Source: Fimbriimonadales bacterium
GTDB taxonomy: Bacteria > Armatimonadota > Fimbriimonadia > Fimbriimonadales > JABRVX01
NCBI GenBank assembly: GCA_045862955.1
Contig: BTVI01000034.1
Location: 1-33,888, forward strand
DNA length: 33,888 bases
Direction of reading: 5' to 3'
Part shown: piece after piece, positions 33,672 to 33,888 of the stretch
How the letters are laid out: each line of letters starts with the position of its first letter
Numbering within the stretch: position 1 is the first letter of the stretch
The notes under the pieces: generated by a model
Databases searched by the model: none
Told to the model about the DNA's origin: nothing
Seen by the model: only the letters and a program-made list of their open reading frames with translations
Program-made: the position numbers and the translations under genes

Positions 33672-33710
33672 CTCTCCGCCCGCCATCGGGTGGAGAGGCC
33701 GGACGGGGGC
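33672..33710. repeat. Intergenic palindrome of REP-like architecture
   Basis: CTCTCCGCCCG-CCAT-CGGGTGGAGAG (11-bp stem with one G-U) followed by GCCGGACGGGGG. Confidence 0.4.
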
Positions 33711-33888
33711 CATCACCGGCGTCCATCGTACGGCGGATCGACGCACGGGGACGTCCTCCATCGTCTGATCGGCGAGCCTACGGCGGACCACCGAGCGACC
33801 TTCAGCCGCGATGTCGAGACCGCGCCGCGCGTCGCCGGGAACTAAGGGCGCGAGCGCGGTCGTGCGGGCAACGGCCGCGCGGTGTTTA

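Noticed and set aside
1..33888. CRISPR array, integrase/transposase, or att duplication of the tRNA-His 3' end
   Set aside because: By eye I found no regularly spaced repeats, no recombinase or transposase motifs in any ORF, and no second copy of the tRNA 3' end.
33505..33888. Cobalamin riboswitch upstream of the mutase, and the 74-aa N-terminal extension to 33726
   Set aside because: No B12-box or GGGAA/GCAACTG consensus is seen. The extension is low-complexity, and an RBS supports ATG 33504.

Overview
This is a GC-rich bacterial window. The gene content, including an H-X9-DG/DUF1559-type protein and a secreted GH106, suggests an Armatimonadota- or Planctomycetota-like host, but that is inference only. 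It opens with the 3' half of tRNA-His. Next comes a carbohydrate/secreted-protein region: a GH106 rhamnosidase-like enzyme with a LamG insert, a DUF1559-like protein, an anthrax-LF-like peptidase with a VHL domain, a beta-helix protein and a sugar ABC transporter. The core (13.0-27.9 kb) is a self-contained nitrate/oxyanion respiration island. It has a short, Tat-less type II DMSO-reductase-family molybdoenzyme with Asp in place of the usual FS0 His. This is co-transcribed with a compact Fe-S subunit, a cytochrome c-NarI-like fusion and a Rieske/cytochrome b pair. Flanking genes are mobA, a DNR-like Crp/Fnr regulator, NarK1- and NarK2-type transporters, moaA-moeA-moaD and a MoaE-MoeB-rhodanese fusion. 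Four copies of a TATGAY-N4-GTCATR palindrome mark the promoters of the island. A defence-like cassette follows: a nonsense-interrupted PD-(D/E)xK nuclease, an EndoIII/HhH-fold protein and a DpnA-like amino-methyltransferase. The window ends with an isobutyryl-CoA-mutase-like large subunit and a B12-domain-MeaB fusion ('split IcmF'). The best candidates for an undescribed system are the bc-coupled cytoplasmic molybdoenzyme and the HhH glycosylase/MTase cassette. All calls come from motif recognition; no database searches were run.
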